Of a stretch of DNA of 64,000 bases, positions 1 through 10,310 are shown piece by piece. The stretch covers positions 1,792,001 to 1,856,000 of the forward strand of contig OY969767.1 in assembly GCA_963702895.1 (NCBI GenBank). Reading direction: 5' to 3'. The first letter of the stretch is position 1; every line of letters begins with the position of its first letter. The notes below the pieces were generated by a model that saw nothing but the letters and a program-made list of their open reading frames with translations, did not search any database and was not told where the DNA came from. Source of the stretch: an uncultured Elusimicrobia bacterium (GTDB lineage Bacteria > Elusimicrobiota > Elusimicrobia > 2-01-FULL-59-12). The translations under genes were made by a program, and so were the position numbers.

Positions 1-22
1 AAACCAGGGAGCGAAGCGTCGA

Positions 23-2209
23 CTATTGGGGTAAAGTAATTTTGTTGGTCGCGCTGGTGGCCGCACGAGCGACCAAGGGGTTGGAATCCTTCATGGCCGC
101 CGCGATGGCCCGGGATGCCGCATCGTCCGGGAGGAGCTGGCTCAGGGCCCAGACCGCACGAATTCGAACCGCATCAGGAGCGCCTGTGGTACGCTTCCAG
201 AAGGATTTCTTCGCTTGAAGGAGCTGCACAAGGTCGGGGACCGCGCGCTTTTCTCCGAGATTACCCAAAGCGATGCACATCTCCTCTTGGACCACGGAGA
301 CCGCGCCGGAAAGCCGTCTGGCGATTTCAAGGGAGGCCAGCTTGAGTTTGAGCTCACCGATCAAGCGCACCGCCTCGGCCTGGACTTCCGGGTCCGCGTC
401 ATCCAGAAGGCCCACGAGAAGGCTCTGAACTTTAGGCTCTTTCACTTTGGCCAAGAGTTGCGCGACCTGACGCCGGACACTGGCATCCGGATGCTGCAGG
501 AGCTGCGTCAGGGTCGGAAGGAGGGTGGCGTCAGCAAATTCTTCAAGAAGCGGGATGAGCTTGACCAGGGCGTCGCCCGCCATACCCACTGTCATCTGCT
601 TCAAAAGGGAATCTTTCACCACCGGTCCCATACGACGCAGCGCCTGGACTGCCGCTTGCTTCGCGCGAAGGTCCACAGAGCGCTTGACCGCTTCGACCAA
701 AGGCTCCACGGCTTCCTCGCCAAGTTCCGCCAGGACGCGATGGGCGCCATTTTGGCGGTCTTTGAGCGGCGCATTTAAATCCGCGCAGATGACTTCGAGC
801 CCACGCGCCGAAAACTCATGGAGAGCGTTCGCCGCATGCTGCTTTTTCTTTTGACCGATAGGGCTTTCCTCGCGGCTGTGGCGCCGGAGGGTACTGAGGA
901 TCCCGGCCGACTCTTCAAAGCGCCAGTGCACGAGAAGTTCCATGGAAGCGGCTTGGAGGGCGCTCGCCACGTGCGCGTAGACTTCCGGTGCGCTCTCGGT
1001 TTCCGCCATCTTATGGAGCGTGCTCACAATCAATGAAAAGGGTTTCTCCTTTCGGTTGGCGGCCAGGATCTCCTGGAAGGAGCGAATGAGCTTCAGGGCG
1101 GTTTCTCGTGCCAAAGGCGCCTGGTTGTTGAGATTGGCCAGAAGCTTCTCCGTGAGTTTCCCCAAGGGTTCATCGAGCGCCATGCCGCAGAGGGCTTTGA
1201 GGAGCTCCGGGAGCCGCTTGCGCACCACCGGCTCAAGCAGAGCCTCATCAGGACCGTTTAAGAGGCTCTCGACTTCTGTGAGAAGCCCGGCGTTTTCACC
1301 TTTTTGAACACCTTGTGGGATCTGCTCAATGAGCCCGACATTGAGCAATTCTTCATAGAGAGCAAAAGGAACAGTTTTACTCGCTGGGGAGTGGAGGACT
1401 TTACCGAGGAAGCTCTTGAGACCACTCAGTTTTTCCACCACCTCAAATTCGGACTTGCTTTCCTGCTTGATCTGGTGGTACCACTTATTGACTTCCTCAA
1501 GAGTCTCCTCCAGCTTTTCCTTGGACATCTCTTTGACGACATTTTCCTTTAAAGCTGACTTTTCCACGCGCTCAGACAGCTTCGCCTCGAAAAGCTCTTT
1601 AAGCTGGTACGGAGGCAGGGTGGACAGATGATGGGCCACTTTCTTATGAGCCTCGTTCTTGGAAACATCGTCTGGCAGCTGGTCAATCAGGCGATAAGAC
1701 TCCTCTAAGGAGCTGACCAGGCTCGGCACATCCGTGGATTGTTCCAGCAGGGAGAGGACCTGCTGAATCACGACATCGCCTTTTTTAAGCTCGACGAACT
1801 CGACCTCTTCGGCTTCAATATGGGTGACTTGGTTGGCTTTTAGAAACTCCTCCAGGTTTTTGTGTTCTCCCAGCTGTCCTTTGCGCTTACCAAGCGCATC
1901 GGTCAAGGCCGCGACTTCGCTCGCCTCGAGCCCCTTGAAGAACTTGAGGCATTGCACTTCGTGCTGGATCAGGAAGGGGCGAAAATCTTTCGCTTCGGAG
2001 GCCTCTTTGCCATTGATGCAAAGTTTTCCCTGAAAATCGGCGACGGTCATGGGCGAGCTTTCCTGGAGGCACCCCTCGAGGGCAGCGAGGGCGCCTTTGA
2101 TAGCACCCTCCACCATCTGACTTCCTTTCGGATAAATACGACTGTTCACAATAGCCGAGCGCAGCATGGAGATGGCCTTGCCGGCGGTGATAGGAACTGG
2201 GGGTGACAT
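23..2209 (-). CDS. HEAT-repeat protein
   Basis: 728-aa helical ORF. The C-terminal third has HEAT/PBS-lyase-like repeats (LLQHPDASVRRQVAQLL, LLDDADPEVQAEAVRLIG). Confidence 0.8.
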   Translation of the reverse strand: MSPPVPITAGKAISMLRSAIVNSRIYPKGSQMVEGAIKGALAALEGCLQESSPMTVADFQGKLCINGKEASEAKDFRPFLIQHEVQCLKFFKGLEASEVAALTDALGKRKGQLGEHKNLEEFLKANQVTHIEAEEVEFVELKKGDVVIQQVLSLLEQSTDVPSLVSSLEESYRLIDQLPDDVSKNEAHKKVAHHLSTLPPYQLKELFEAKLSERVEKSALKENVVKEMSKEKLEETLEEVNKWYHQIKQESKSEFEVVEKLSGLKSFLGKVLHSPASKTVPFALYEELLNVGLIEQIPQGVQKGENAGLLTEVESLLNGPDEALLEPVVRKRLPELLKALCGMALDEPLGKLTEKLLANLNNQAPLARETALKLIRSFQEILAANRKEKPFSLIVSTLHKMAETESAPEVYAHVASALQAASMELLVHWRFEESAGILSTLRRHSREESPIGQKKKQHAANALHEFSARGLEVICADLNAPLKDRQNGAHRVLAELGEEAVEPLVEAVKRSVDLRAKQAAVQALRRMGPVVKDSLLKQMTVGMAGDALVKLIPLLEEFADATLLPTLTQLLQHPDASVRRQVAQLLAKVKEPKVQSLLVGLLDDADPEVQAEAVRLIGELKLKLASLEIARRLSGAVSVVQEEMCIALGNLGEKRAVPDLVQLLQAKKSFWKRTTGAPDAVRIRAVWALSQLLPDDAASRAIAAAMKDSNPLVARAATSATNKITLPQ

Positions 2210-2268
2210 AATCGTTTCGAGTTTACAAGGAGTTTTTCACAACTGCAAGAGAATTTCTCGGGAGCTTA

Positions 2269-2538
2269 GTGCTGACTTTCATAGGATCGCCGCGGGTTTG
2301 CCGGAGCCATTTTCGAGCGAGCCAAGGAGCGAGGAGCGAGCATACTCGAGCAGAGTCTGTGAGTGACGAGCGACGCTGGCGCAGCCGAAAAGGACCCGGC
2401 CCTTCGGGGACGCCGATCTTGGGCAGACACTTCGTTACTCCTCACTCACAATGCACTCCGACATTGCTCGATCGTCGTGCCTCGTCTGTGCCTCAAGCTC
2501 GGCGTCCAAACCCGCTGCGCTCCTATGAAAGGCAGCAC
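2269..2538. mobile_element. MITE-like element (~270 bp) with ~32-bp imperfect terminal inverted repeats and a TTA target duplication
   Basis: Left end gtgctgactttcataggatcgccgcgggtttg matches the reverse complement of the right end, gtgctgcctttcataggagcgcagcgggtttg. TTA lies at 2266-68 and 2539-41. No credible CDS inside. Confidence 0.75.
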
Positions 2539-3480
2539 TTAGACGGACGTTCTGGATGGGGTCAAGAGTTCTCGCGGCAAAGCAAAACTGACATCCTCTT
2601 TAATGACATCGAGCTCTTCCACCGTTGCTCCCAGCGATTGGAGATATTTCACAACATCTTCGACGAGGTATTCAGGGGCGGAGGCGCCGGCCGTGAGGCC
2701 AATGTTCGCCTTATGGAGAATCCAAGACGGCTGAATCTCAGAGGCACTATCAATCAGATGCGACTCGACGCCTTGCGCTCGGGCCACTTCGCAGAGCCGA
2801 ATCGAATTGGAACTGTTTCGCGAGCCTACGACGAGCAAGAAATCAATCCCCGCTTTAATCATCCCCTTGACCGCATCCTGCCTGTTTTGGGTGGCGTAAC
2901 AGATGTCGTCCTTCGCGGGGACGAGCATATTGGGAAAGCGATTTTTTATCGCCGCCGCGATACTGTGCGTTTCATCCAAACTGAGCGTCGTCTGCGTGAG
3001 ACACACCACTTTATTCGGATCAGGTACTTGAAGGGACGCGACGTCTCCAACCGTGCCGACCACCTGAATCTTGTCGGGGGCTTCGCCGGTTGTGCCGACC
3101 ACCTCGTCGTGCTCTTTGTGACCAATGAGAATAATGGTGTAGCCTTCGCGGACAAACTTATGGACTTCCAAATGCACCTTGGTGACGAGCGGACAGGTCG
3201 CGTCGATCACATGCACATCACGGTCCTTGGCCTCCTGCCGGACCGCTGGGGAAACACCATGGGCACTAAATATCACGAGGCTCCCACGCGGGGCCTCCTG
3301 GAGGCTGTCGATAAAGATGACGCCTCGTCGCTTAAAGTTATCGACGACGGCCCGGTTATGGACAATTTCCTTGCGCACATAGATCGGGGCAGGAAACTTC
3401 TCGAGCGCGATCTCGACAATATCGATCGCGCGCACAACCCCGGCGCAAAACCCACGCGGTCTGACCAAAATGACTTTCAC
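2539..3480 (-). CDS. ispH: 4-hydroxy-3-methylbut-2-enyl diphosphate reductase
   Basis: PRGFCAGV, IVHN, DATCPLV, ICYATQNRQ, SSNS and TAGASAPE motifs. Start placed at GTG 3480. Confidence 0.97.
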   Translation of the reverse strand: MKVILVRPRGFCAGVVRAIDIVEIALEKFPAPIYVRKEIVHNRAVVDNFKRRGVIFIDSLQEAPRGSLVIFSAHGVSPAVRQEAKDRDVHVIDATCPLVTKVHLEVHKFVREGYTIILIGHKEHDEVVGTTGEAPDKIQVVGTVGDVASLQVPDPNKVVCLTQTTLSLDETHSIAAAIKNRFPNMLVPAKDDICYATQNRQDAVKGMIKAGIDFLLVVGSRNSSNSIRLCEVARAQGVESHLIDSASEIQPSWILHKANIGLTAGASAPEYLVEDVVKYLQSLGATVEELDVIKEDVSFALPRELLTPSRTSV

Positions 3481-3512
3481 AGACGGTATTATACAACAGA
3501 GGGAAGCCCCCC

Positions 3513-4548
3513 CGAAGTTCCATATGCTAGTGCAACACTCTGATGTCATGAAGGCCTGGCCTACAATAGGCAGGTATGACCTACACACAGATGACTGAAA
3601 AAGAACGAGACACGCTTGCTGTTTATCGAAGTCGCGGGCTCTCCTTGCGAGACATCGGCAATCGCCTAAACCGGTCTATCGGAACTCTCTCCCGAGAACT
3701 CCATCGAAACCGAGGAAAGGGCGGTTACTTCGCCCGGCATGCTCAAGAACAATCCCAGACTCGCTTGCGCACCGGGCACAAACGGATGCGCCTCAAAAGC
3801 CACGTCTTACGCCACGAGGTCGAACAGATGCTGGTCAAAGGCTGGTCCCCCGAACTCATTGCCGGGCGCATCAGCAAACACCGTAAGGATCTCGGTTCCA
3901 TCGGGTACGAAGCGATCTATCAATGGATCTACAGCGAACGCCCAGACTTGATCGGATGCTTGGTCCGTTCCCATCCCAAACGCTGGTCTCGACGGTATCG
4001 CCCTTATCGACGCCATGTGGGCATTCCTGGACGCGTGTCGATCTTGGAACGTCCGGAAGCGGCCAATACGCGCTCCGAAGCAGGCCATTGGGAAACCGAT
4101 CTGATCGTGGGCCCGGGCTTACCTGCCCTGCAAGTCCTGGTCGAACGACAAAGCCGCTACAGTAAGCTGCGCGGTATCCCGAATAAAACCGCCCCGGTCT
4201 CCCGCGCGGCCCTGACAGGCCTTTTGACGAATGTCCCCGATCATCTTCGGCGTAGCATCACCTATGACAATGGTTCAGAGAACTTTGAACACGCGGTGCT
4301 CAATGACGACTTCGCCATGACCTCATACTTTTGTCAGCCTTACCACAGCTGGGAAAAGGGAACCGTAGAGAACACCAATGGCTTAATTCGTCGTTTTGTT
4401 CCAAAGCGTACCAGACTCGATTCCATGGGACCGGAACGCTTTCAACAGATCGAAGATTGGCTCAACGATCGTCCTCGGAAATGCCTTAAATTCCAAACCT
4501 CACGGGAGGCCTTCAATGCCGCGTGTTGCACTTAATGGTGGAATTCAC
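3513..4548 (+). mobile_element. IS30-family insertion sequence
   Basis: Imperfect ~26-bp inverted ends (cgaagttccatatgctagtgcaacac / gtgttgcacttaatggtggaattcac) around the transposase, with C runs on both sides. Confidence 0.85.
3576..4535 (+). CDS. IS30-family DDE transposase
   Basis: N-terminal HTH, GWSPELIAG, GHWETD, ITYDNGSE, PYHSWEKGTVENTNGLIRRF and LNDRPRKCL. Confidence 0.95.
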   Translation: MTYTQMTEKERDTLAVYRSRGLSLRDIGNRLNRSIGTLSRELHRNRGKGGYFARHAQEQSQTRLRTGHKRMRLKSHVLRHEVEQMLVKGWSPELIAGRISKHRKDLGSIGYEAIYQWIYSERPDLIGCLVRSHPKRWSRRYRPYRRHVGIPGRVSILERPEAANTRSEAGHWETDLIVGPGLPALQVLVERQSRYSKLRGIPNKTAPVSRAALTGLLTNVPDHLRRSITYDNGSENFEHAVLNDDFAMTSYFCQPYHSWEKGTVENTNGLIRRFVPKRTRLDSMGPERFQQIEDWLNDRPRKCLKFQTSREAFNAACCT

Positions 4549-4560
4549 CCCCCCCTTTTT

Positions 4561-5586
4561 TTAGAGGAAGGGCGTTAAGGCGTCGGCCAGAGCATTGAAC
4601 AGGACGTAGCCAATATAGCCGACGAGACAAGTGGCGAGCATCCCAAAGAGTCCCAGGAAGATGTTAATGGAACCGAGAAGCATACAGGCCAAGATCGCGA
4701 CGACCGTGCAGGTGGTCGCCACAAGCCGTCCGAGGTACTGACAGGCCGCGATAAAACGCGCCAGGGCCGGCCGGCGAGGTGGAGAGAGCTTCTCGGGGGG
4801 TGCGGCGACCTGCAAAACGTCCCCACAGGAAGCGCAATACCAGGCGCGCAGGACATTCGCATGATGGCACCGATCACATTCTTTATAACTGACGTTCTGG
4901 ATGATTTTTCTCTTGAAGACAAAAAGTTTTTCTCCCAAACCCAGCACCGCCCAGAAAACAGCTCCCAGAATGGCGCCGGTGAAGCCTTCGATCAGGCGGC
5001 GGGCTGCCCAAGTGGGTTTGGCCATATCCATGAGGCTCGCATACATCTGGTAGCCAAGCCATCCGCCCAAGGCGCCACCCAAAAAGCCGCACAAAAAGCC
5101 GGCCAGATACCGCTCACGCTTCCTTTCCATCCAGGAACTCACAAGGCCAATAGCGCCGCCCGCGCAGGCAAAGGTGGCCATCACGGCAGGGATGCCGACG
5201 TTCGGGTCATTGCTCCGAATGAGATAGGCAGCGATAAGGCTTCCGATGAGTCCTCCCAGAATACCAGCCAAGGCGCCGCGGAGGGTCTTGAGATTGGACT
5301 CTTCCATCATTCCTTCCGCAGCCCCCAGGAAGAGGCCTCCAAGGGCACCGGAGAGCATGAAGTGGCCATCCTGAGACAGGCTGTTGCCCGCCGCACGGCT
5401 TGCGGCTGCGGCCACCATCCAGCCGGCCATGCCGGAAGAAAATCCGGCAAGGCTCCGGCGTAAGACCCACGCCAGCGTATCGCGGAGTCGTGCCAGGCGA
5501 GGTCCGCTCTTGGACGCCGCAAAACCGCAGCGAATGCAGAAATCGGTGGTGGTGGGAGAGCTGTAATTACAACTGGGGCAGGTCAC
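4561..5586 (-). CDS. Gly-rich polytopic membrane protein with zinc ribbons
   Basis: CPSC..CIRC at the N-terminus, an internal CDRC..CASC, and several Gly-rich TM helices. Confidence 0.7.
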   Translation of the reverse strand: MTCPSCNYSSPTTTDFCIRCGFAASKSGPRLARLRDTLAWVLRRSLAGFSSGMAGWMVAAAASRAAGNSLSQDGHFMLSGALGGLFLGAAEGMMEESNLKTLRGALAGILGGLIGSLIAAYLIRSNDPNVGIPAVMATFACAGGAIGLVSSWMERKRERYLAGFLCGFLGGALGGWLGYQMYASLMDMAKPTWAARRLIEGFTGAILGAVFWAVLGLGEKLFVFKRKIIQNVSYKECDRCHHANVLRAWYCASCGDVLQVAAPPEKLSPPRRPALARFIAACQYLGRLVATTCTVVAILACMLLGSINIFLGLFGMLATCLVGYIGYVLFNALADALTPFL

Positions 5587-5592
5587 AGAACC

Positions 5593-6261
5593 TTAGAAGC
5601 CACCACCGAAGGCTTTGAAGAAATCATCGCCTCCGCCGGAATCTTTCTTCTCAAGAGGCTTGGTTTTCTTCGCACCCGGCTGCTCTTTCTTGGTTCCAGA
5701 ATCCGCCAACTGCACAGGGCTTACAAAACATTTACGCAAACCTTCGGCGAAGGCGAGCACCTTGCTGCCCCGGTCGTAATAGAGACGAAAGGGCGTTTCT
5801 TTCTCCGCAGGTTCGTAGGAATTGCCGAGACTGTCCCGTTTCTGCTCCCAGTCGGGCGCGTAAACGAGCTTGTTGCGAATATCCACACGGTCCTTGGCAT
5901 CAAAAGGAACGGAAAAACGGATTCGGTAGATGCCGTTGTAATTGGTCACGGTCGGATCAAACATAGAGTTTTCTTCGCCAGGATCCCCGACACGGACCAG
6001 GACCCCCTCGACTGGGTTCTCGCTTCGGTCCACCACCATCCCCCGAATAAAGCCTTCCAGATACTCGGTATAGCGCGGGGTGTTGATAAACAGAAATTTT
6101 TTTCTGCCGGTGACTTTTTTTACGATCGTGACATCCACGATGCGCTCCTCAGCGAAATCGGAGCGGACCAAGTCCGCTTTCGATTCTGCCGTGTGCACGG
6201 CGCTCGGCACCCCTAAACTCACAGCCAGAAAGGAAAACGTCCAAAACCGGCTCCTGCGCAT
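5593..6261 (-). CDS. Exported hypothetical protein (carboxypeptidase-regulatory-like beta domain)
   Basis: Signal peptide; IRGMVVD..NPVEGVLV..TNYNGIYRI pattern; adjoins the upstream gene. Confidence 0.6.
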   Translation of the reverse strand: MRRSRFWTFSFLAVSLGVPSAVHTAESKADLVRSDFAEERIVDVTIVKKVTGRKKFLFINTPRYTEYLEGFIRGMVVDRSENPVEGVLVRVGDPGEENSMFDPTVTNYNGIYRIRFSVPFDAKDRVDIRNKLVYAPDWEQKRDSLGNSYEPAEKETPFRLYYDRGSKVLAFAEGLRKCFVSPVQLADSGTKKEQPGAKKTKPLEKKDSGGGDDFFKAFGGGF

Positions 6262-7235
6262 CAGGAAGCCCTCCCCGTCGGGGCTGCATCCATGCGACCA
6301 TAGAACCCGTACGTGATTTTGGCGATCGAGGCGATGAATCGCTTGGCGTTCTTGTAGGTCGCGTCGTGAGAAGTGAGGACACAGATCATGTAGTCACCAT
6401 GCGGAGAAAAAACAATCCCAACATCATGGCAAGCTTTGCGTAGAAGCCCCGTCTTGTGGGCAATCTCCCAACCTTTCGGCAAGTAGCGCGGGAGACGGTC
6501 CCGGAGTTTTTGGTGCTTTAAGATCTCCAACATCGCTTCACTCGCCTGAGCGCTCACCAGCTCTCGCTTATACATTTTCTCAAGGAGATAAGCCATATCG
6601 CGCGGGCTGGTCATATTGTCTTCTGGCACACGGCGAGAGGTGAGACGGAAACCTTGGGGTGTAATGACGGTGTCCTTCAACCCCAACCGATAAAAGGTGT
6701 CTTGGAGATAATCATAGCCGAGTTGACGAATCAGAAGCTCGGTGGCCGTGTTATCGCTGTGTACGATCATGGCCTCGAGGAGCTCGCGGTTCGTATACAC
6801 TCGGCCGGAGGGCGAGAATTTCAGAACGCCGGAACCGCCACGCTTATCGTGGCGAAGGAGGGTCACGGGTGCGCTCAAGGAGAACCGCCGGTCTTCGGCC
6901 GCCTGAAAAGCGGCGCACAGAATTGGGAATTTGATGAGGCTGGCGCTGGGGAAAGCCTCGGCGGAGTTGATCTCAGCCGCCCGCCCACTTGAAAAATCTT
7001 TCACGACATACCCGAGATCGCCGCGAAAGCCCTGGGCCCTCTGGCTTATGGCCTCGACCAGGGACTGCCAGTCGTCCGGGTTGATGGTCAGCACAGCCGC
7101 TTTTTGTGCCAACGGTGCCATGGATACAGAGGCGACGTGATCTCCCGCCAGAATCACGGCAATGGAAATCCCGAGCCCCAAGGCGTAGAAACGCGCTTTA
7201 TGGATTCTCAGTTTCTTTGTTCGCATTACACTCAT
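6261..7235 (-). CDS. Serine hydrolase of the class A beta-lactamase-like/PBP family
   Basis: SLIK (SxxK), SDN and HKTG motifs; N-terminal TM anchor. Confidence 0.85.
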   Translation of the reverse strand: MSVMRTKKLRIHKARFYALGLGISIAVILAGDHVASVSMAPLAQKAAVLTINPDDWQSLVEAISQRAQGFRGDLGYVVKDFSSGRAAEINSAEAFPSASLIKFPILCAAFQAAEDRRFSLSAPVTLLRHDKRGGSGVLKFSPSGRVYTNRELLEAMIVHSDNTATELLIRQLGYDYLQDTFYRLGLKDTVITPQGFRLTSRRVPEDNMTSPRDMAYLLEKMYKRELVSAQASEAMLEILKHQKLRDRLPRYLPKGWEIAHKTGLLRKACHDVGIVFSPHGDYMICVLTSHDATYKNAKRFIASIAKITYGFYGRMDAAPTGRAS

Positions 7236-7278
7236 CCCTATCAGATTTCGTCAAAAAATCAAGGACTATTAGATCATT

Positions 7279-8133
7279 TTACGTCGTGAGATTTTTAATG
7301 CGTTTTCGTAGCGAGAAATAGATGCTTTCTTTGCGTTCTCGAAGGCGCCTCAGATAATAGGGTAACCATTGCGACCCGTAAGGAATATAGACGCTGACTT
7401 TGTAGCCCTCTCGAGCGAGCGAAGCGAAGCGAGGATTCTCAACACCGTAGAGCATTTGAAACTCCAAAGCCTCTTGCGCCACGTGGCGCTCTTTCATGAG
7501 TGAGCCGATCAAGTCAAGCATAGCGGGATCATGGGTCGCAAACGCGGGAGAAACGCCCCGGTGGAGGTGGTCAAACGCTTTCTGCGTGAGCATCCGGAAA
7601 TTGCCATCGATGGCATTCCTCGTCCTATAGGCAATGCTGGGCGTTTCCTTATAGGTCCCCTTGCAGAGGCGGACGTGAAAGGGCGTCTTCGCCAACTGGT
7701 CAAAGTCGCCCCCGGTCCGAACGAGGCTTGCCTGCAGACATAACCCGACTTGTTGAAATTTCTCACGGAGCGCATCAAAGATTTCGATCGTGCTTCTCGT
7801 AAGGGCAGAGCGCTCCATATCGAGCCAGAGAAAGACCCCAACGCGCGCGGCCTCTTCCGCGATGCGTGAAAGATGCTCGAAGCACAAATCAGGGGAGAGG
7901 AGGATCCCCATCTGGCTGACTTTGAGCGTGATGGCGGCGCGCACCTTCTCCGCGGCGATACGCTTCAGCAGACGCACATACTCCTCTGCCGCGGCCCGCG
8001 CCATCCCCGCCGAGGGGACGTCCTCCCCCAGATAGTTGAGGAGGGCGCTCATCCCCTGTCCATTCACCTTGCGGGCCAGCTCAATGGCATCCACCGCTTG
8101 AGCACCGGCCACAAAACGGCTTACCAGAAACAT
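7279..8133 (-). CDS. Monofunctional proline dehydrogenase
   Basis: RFVAG, LGE, LDME, RLCKG, FATHD, FQMLYG, YIPYG and YLRRLRER. Confidence 0.9.
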   Translation of the reverse strand: MFLVSRFVAGAQAVDAIELARKVNGQGMSALLNYLGEDVPSAGMARAAAEEYVRLLKRIAAEKVRAAITLKVSQMGILLSPDLCFEHLSRIAEEAARVGVFLWLDMERSALTRSTIEIFDALREKFQQVGLCLQASLVRTGGDFDQLAKTPFHVRLCKGTYKETPSIAYRTRNAIDGNFRMLTQKAFDHLHRGVSPAFATHDPAMLDLIGSLMKERHVAQEALEFQMLYGVENPRFASLAREGYKVSVYIPYGSQWLPYYLRRLRERKESIYFSLRKRIKNLTT

Positions 8134-8206
8134 CGCTTCTCCAAAAGAATCCGCTCCGGTCGAAAGTGCGTGAGAATCTCCATGATGGGGCTCTGTCTAG
8201 GACGTT

Positions 8207-10282
8207 TCACGGAATAGTATGACGCTCGCCAGCGCCTTCCCCTGGGAAAGATTCAGATCGAACATGATAAAGCTGAACCTCCGAGCTGAGATCGATCGGA
8301 TCCAGTGGGAGGCTGTTCTTGACATACGAGAAGGCTTGTGGGTCAACGGCCTGCCTATAGGCTAACACATATTGGAAACGCAGGTTCGCCGCGGCATACC
8401 GGCCAAAGACGGGCTCTGCCGCCGCGTCTCCACCTTTTTCTTCGAGAGAGACGATTTTCTGGATGAACGGGTCCTCCTTGTACCTGGCGAGGACCCGTCG
8501 AGAAATTCGGCCGATGTACCCGCCTACGATCGGCTTCTGGTGAAAGGTTTGCGCCCAGAGGTGGTCCCAAGGAAATAACCATTGCCGATCCTGGCGAAGG
8601 TCGCTCCCGATCCCAATGCTTGAATCTCCGGCGTAGAACGGGAGAACAAGCACGCCAGCCCGCGGCAAGGCTTTCAGGCGTTGATAGACCTCAAGCGGCA
8701 AAGGGGGCCTCTGAAAGGGAATCCCGGGCCAGTTCTCGAGCAGAAGGAGTGCCCCGGCCACAAGACAAAGTTTGCGCAGCGACCAGGACCATCGCTCACT
8801 GAGCCGAACAAGCGCCAGCGCCAAAACAACGGACCAGGCAACCGTCCCCACCGCCATCCAGCGTTCGGGGACTCGGACATTGCCCAGCACGGGTAAGAGC
8901 CGGGCCAAGAAAAAGGGAAGCGGCAGCCAGGTGTTGTGCTCTGCCACATGCAGGTGGGTCCCCAGCGCGAGCACCGTCGCCGAGAGAGCCAGGGCAAGCC
9001 AGCGGCTCAGGACCCCTCTCTTCTGCCAGATTTTTGCAAGGAGAAGTATCGTCAAGCAAACCCAGCCTATGGAGGCCGCCTGTTCTTGGGGATTTAAGCC
9101 TCGCGAGACGAACCATTGACTCACCGCAGGTCCCCAAGCGATCTGCAGAGGGTTTGGCATAAGAAGAGAAAACAAATTGGCGCCGGTCAGGTGCGTTTTC
9201 CAAAGGATACTTTGCTGTGGATATCCACCCTGCCGGATCAGCCAAAGGCTCTCCCAAACAAGAGGACTCAGGCACAGCGCGCTCACGCCCACGAGAACCG
9301 CGTGACACACCAGGAGTCTGCGTCTCTCAAGAGGATCCGACATCCTCAGGTGAATTCTCACGCGAAGACCCGCGACCAAGAGCATGATGAGAAAGACCCA
9401 CATCAAGAAGAGCGGGTTGTCCGTGCTACGAAGACTCACGCGCGCGGCGCCCAAGACGATCTCCCCCGGACGCAGGAAGATCGCGAGCGCCGCCGCGCCG
9501 GCAAGGGCCGAGAGACTAACCAACATGACGCGGACCATCTTTCCCGGCGCCCGATACGTGAAGCTCATCCCATAAGGAGACAAATCGTAGAGGGCCACCG
9601 CGCACCAAAGGAGAACGGAATAGATGAGAAAGTAATAATGGCACGCGGCTGTCCAGGCCAGGGCCATGCCGGCAAGAACCCAGGAGCCGGGCCTCTTCTT
9701 CCTTCGGGCTCGAAGCAGGCACCAGAGAAAGAGTGCGATCCCATAGAAATTGAACTGGCCCCAGTTTTGCATCGCACGGGCCAACCCATAGCTGTGCGTG
9801 ATCGCATAGACCCCTGCGACGAGAGCCGGCCCTTCGGCTCGAGACTTGTCTGGGCCCAGCACTTCTCTGGCTAAGCCGTAGGTACAAAAGCCATTTAACA
9901 GCCAGCTGATCGCAAACCAAAGATTGGAGGAGGCAATGAGCGTCATTCCGGCCCTCTGTCCCAAGTCGGTGATCAGGTTCATCCAAAGAGGAAAATCATG
10001 GGAGATGAGGCTCGTTCCATAGGGGTGGAACAGGAGGTCCGTTCGAAAGGGGTTCGTATGGAGTTCCGCGAGGGCGTGATGATACCACCAGGCATTCCAG
10101 AGAAAAAGGCGCGTATCCTGGAGTCCTCCTGGAATGGCCTGGTCCCAAACGGGCCAGAGCTTCCAGAGAAAGATCCCTGTGAGAGCGCCGAAGAAAGTGA
10201 AAGCAGCAAGGGTCCTCGCAGAGAAACGAAAGCAGGATTGGAGAGAAGAATTTTGAATGTTTATCGTTTTGTTATCGTTCAT
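8207..10282 (-). CDS. Polytopic membrane protein, GT-C/YfhO-like glycosyltransferase
   Basis: GGLQD..FLWNAWW..NPF...LFHPYG N-terminal loop, many TM helices, RVPERW and HQKPIVGGY. Confidence 0.65.
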   Translation of the reverse strand: MNDNKTINIQNSSLQSCFRFSARTLAAFTFFGALTGIFLWKLWPVWDQAIPGGLQDTRLFLWNAWWYHHALAELHTNPFRTDLLFHPYGTSLISHDFPLWMNLITDLGQRAGMTLIASSNLWFAISWLLNGFCTYGLAREVLGPDKSRAEGPALVAGVYAITHSYGLARAMQNWGQFNFYGIALFLWCLLRARRKKRPGSWVLAGMALAWTAACHYYFLIYSVLLWCAVALYDLSPYGMSFTYRAPGKMVRVMLVSLSALAGAAALAIFLRPGEIVLGAARVSLRSTDNPLFLMWVFLIMLLVAGLRVRIHLRMSDPLERRRLLVCHAVLVGVSALCLSPLVWESLWLIRQGGYPQQSILWKTHLTGANLFSLLMPNPLQIAWGPAVSQWFVSRGLNPQEQAASIGWVCLTILLLAKIWQKRGVLSRWLALALSATVLALGTHLHVAEHNTWLPLPFFLARLLPVLGNVRVPERWMAVGTVAWSVVLALALVRLSERWSWSLRKLCLVAGALLLLENWPGIPFQRPPLPLEVYQRLKALPRAGVLVLPFYAGDSSIGIGSDLRQDRQWLFPWDHLWAQTFHQKPIVGGYIGRISRRVLARYKEDPFIQKIVSLEEKGGDAAAEPVFGRYAAANLRFQYVLAYRQAVDPQAFSYVKNSLPLDPIDLSSEVQLYHVRSESFPGEGAGERHTIP

Positions 10283-10310
10283 CGGCTGGGGGGATCTGAA
10301 GTATTCGTGG

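Noticed and set aside
6261..7235. True class A beta-lactamase (resistance gene)
   Set aside because: The omega-loop region (VITPQGFRLT) lacks an obvious Glu166 equivalent and the protein is membrane anchored; a PBP-like hydrolase is more likely.
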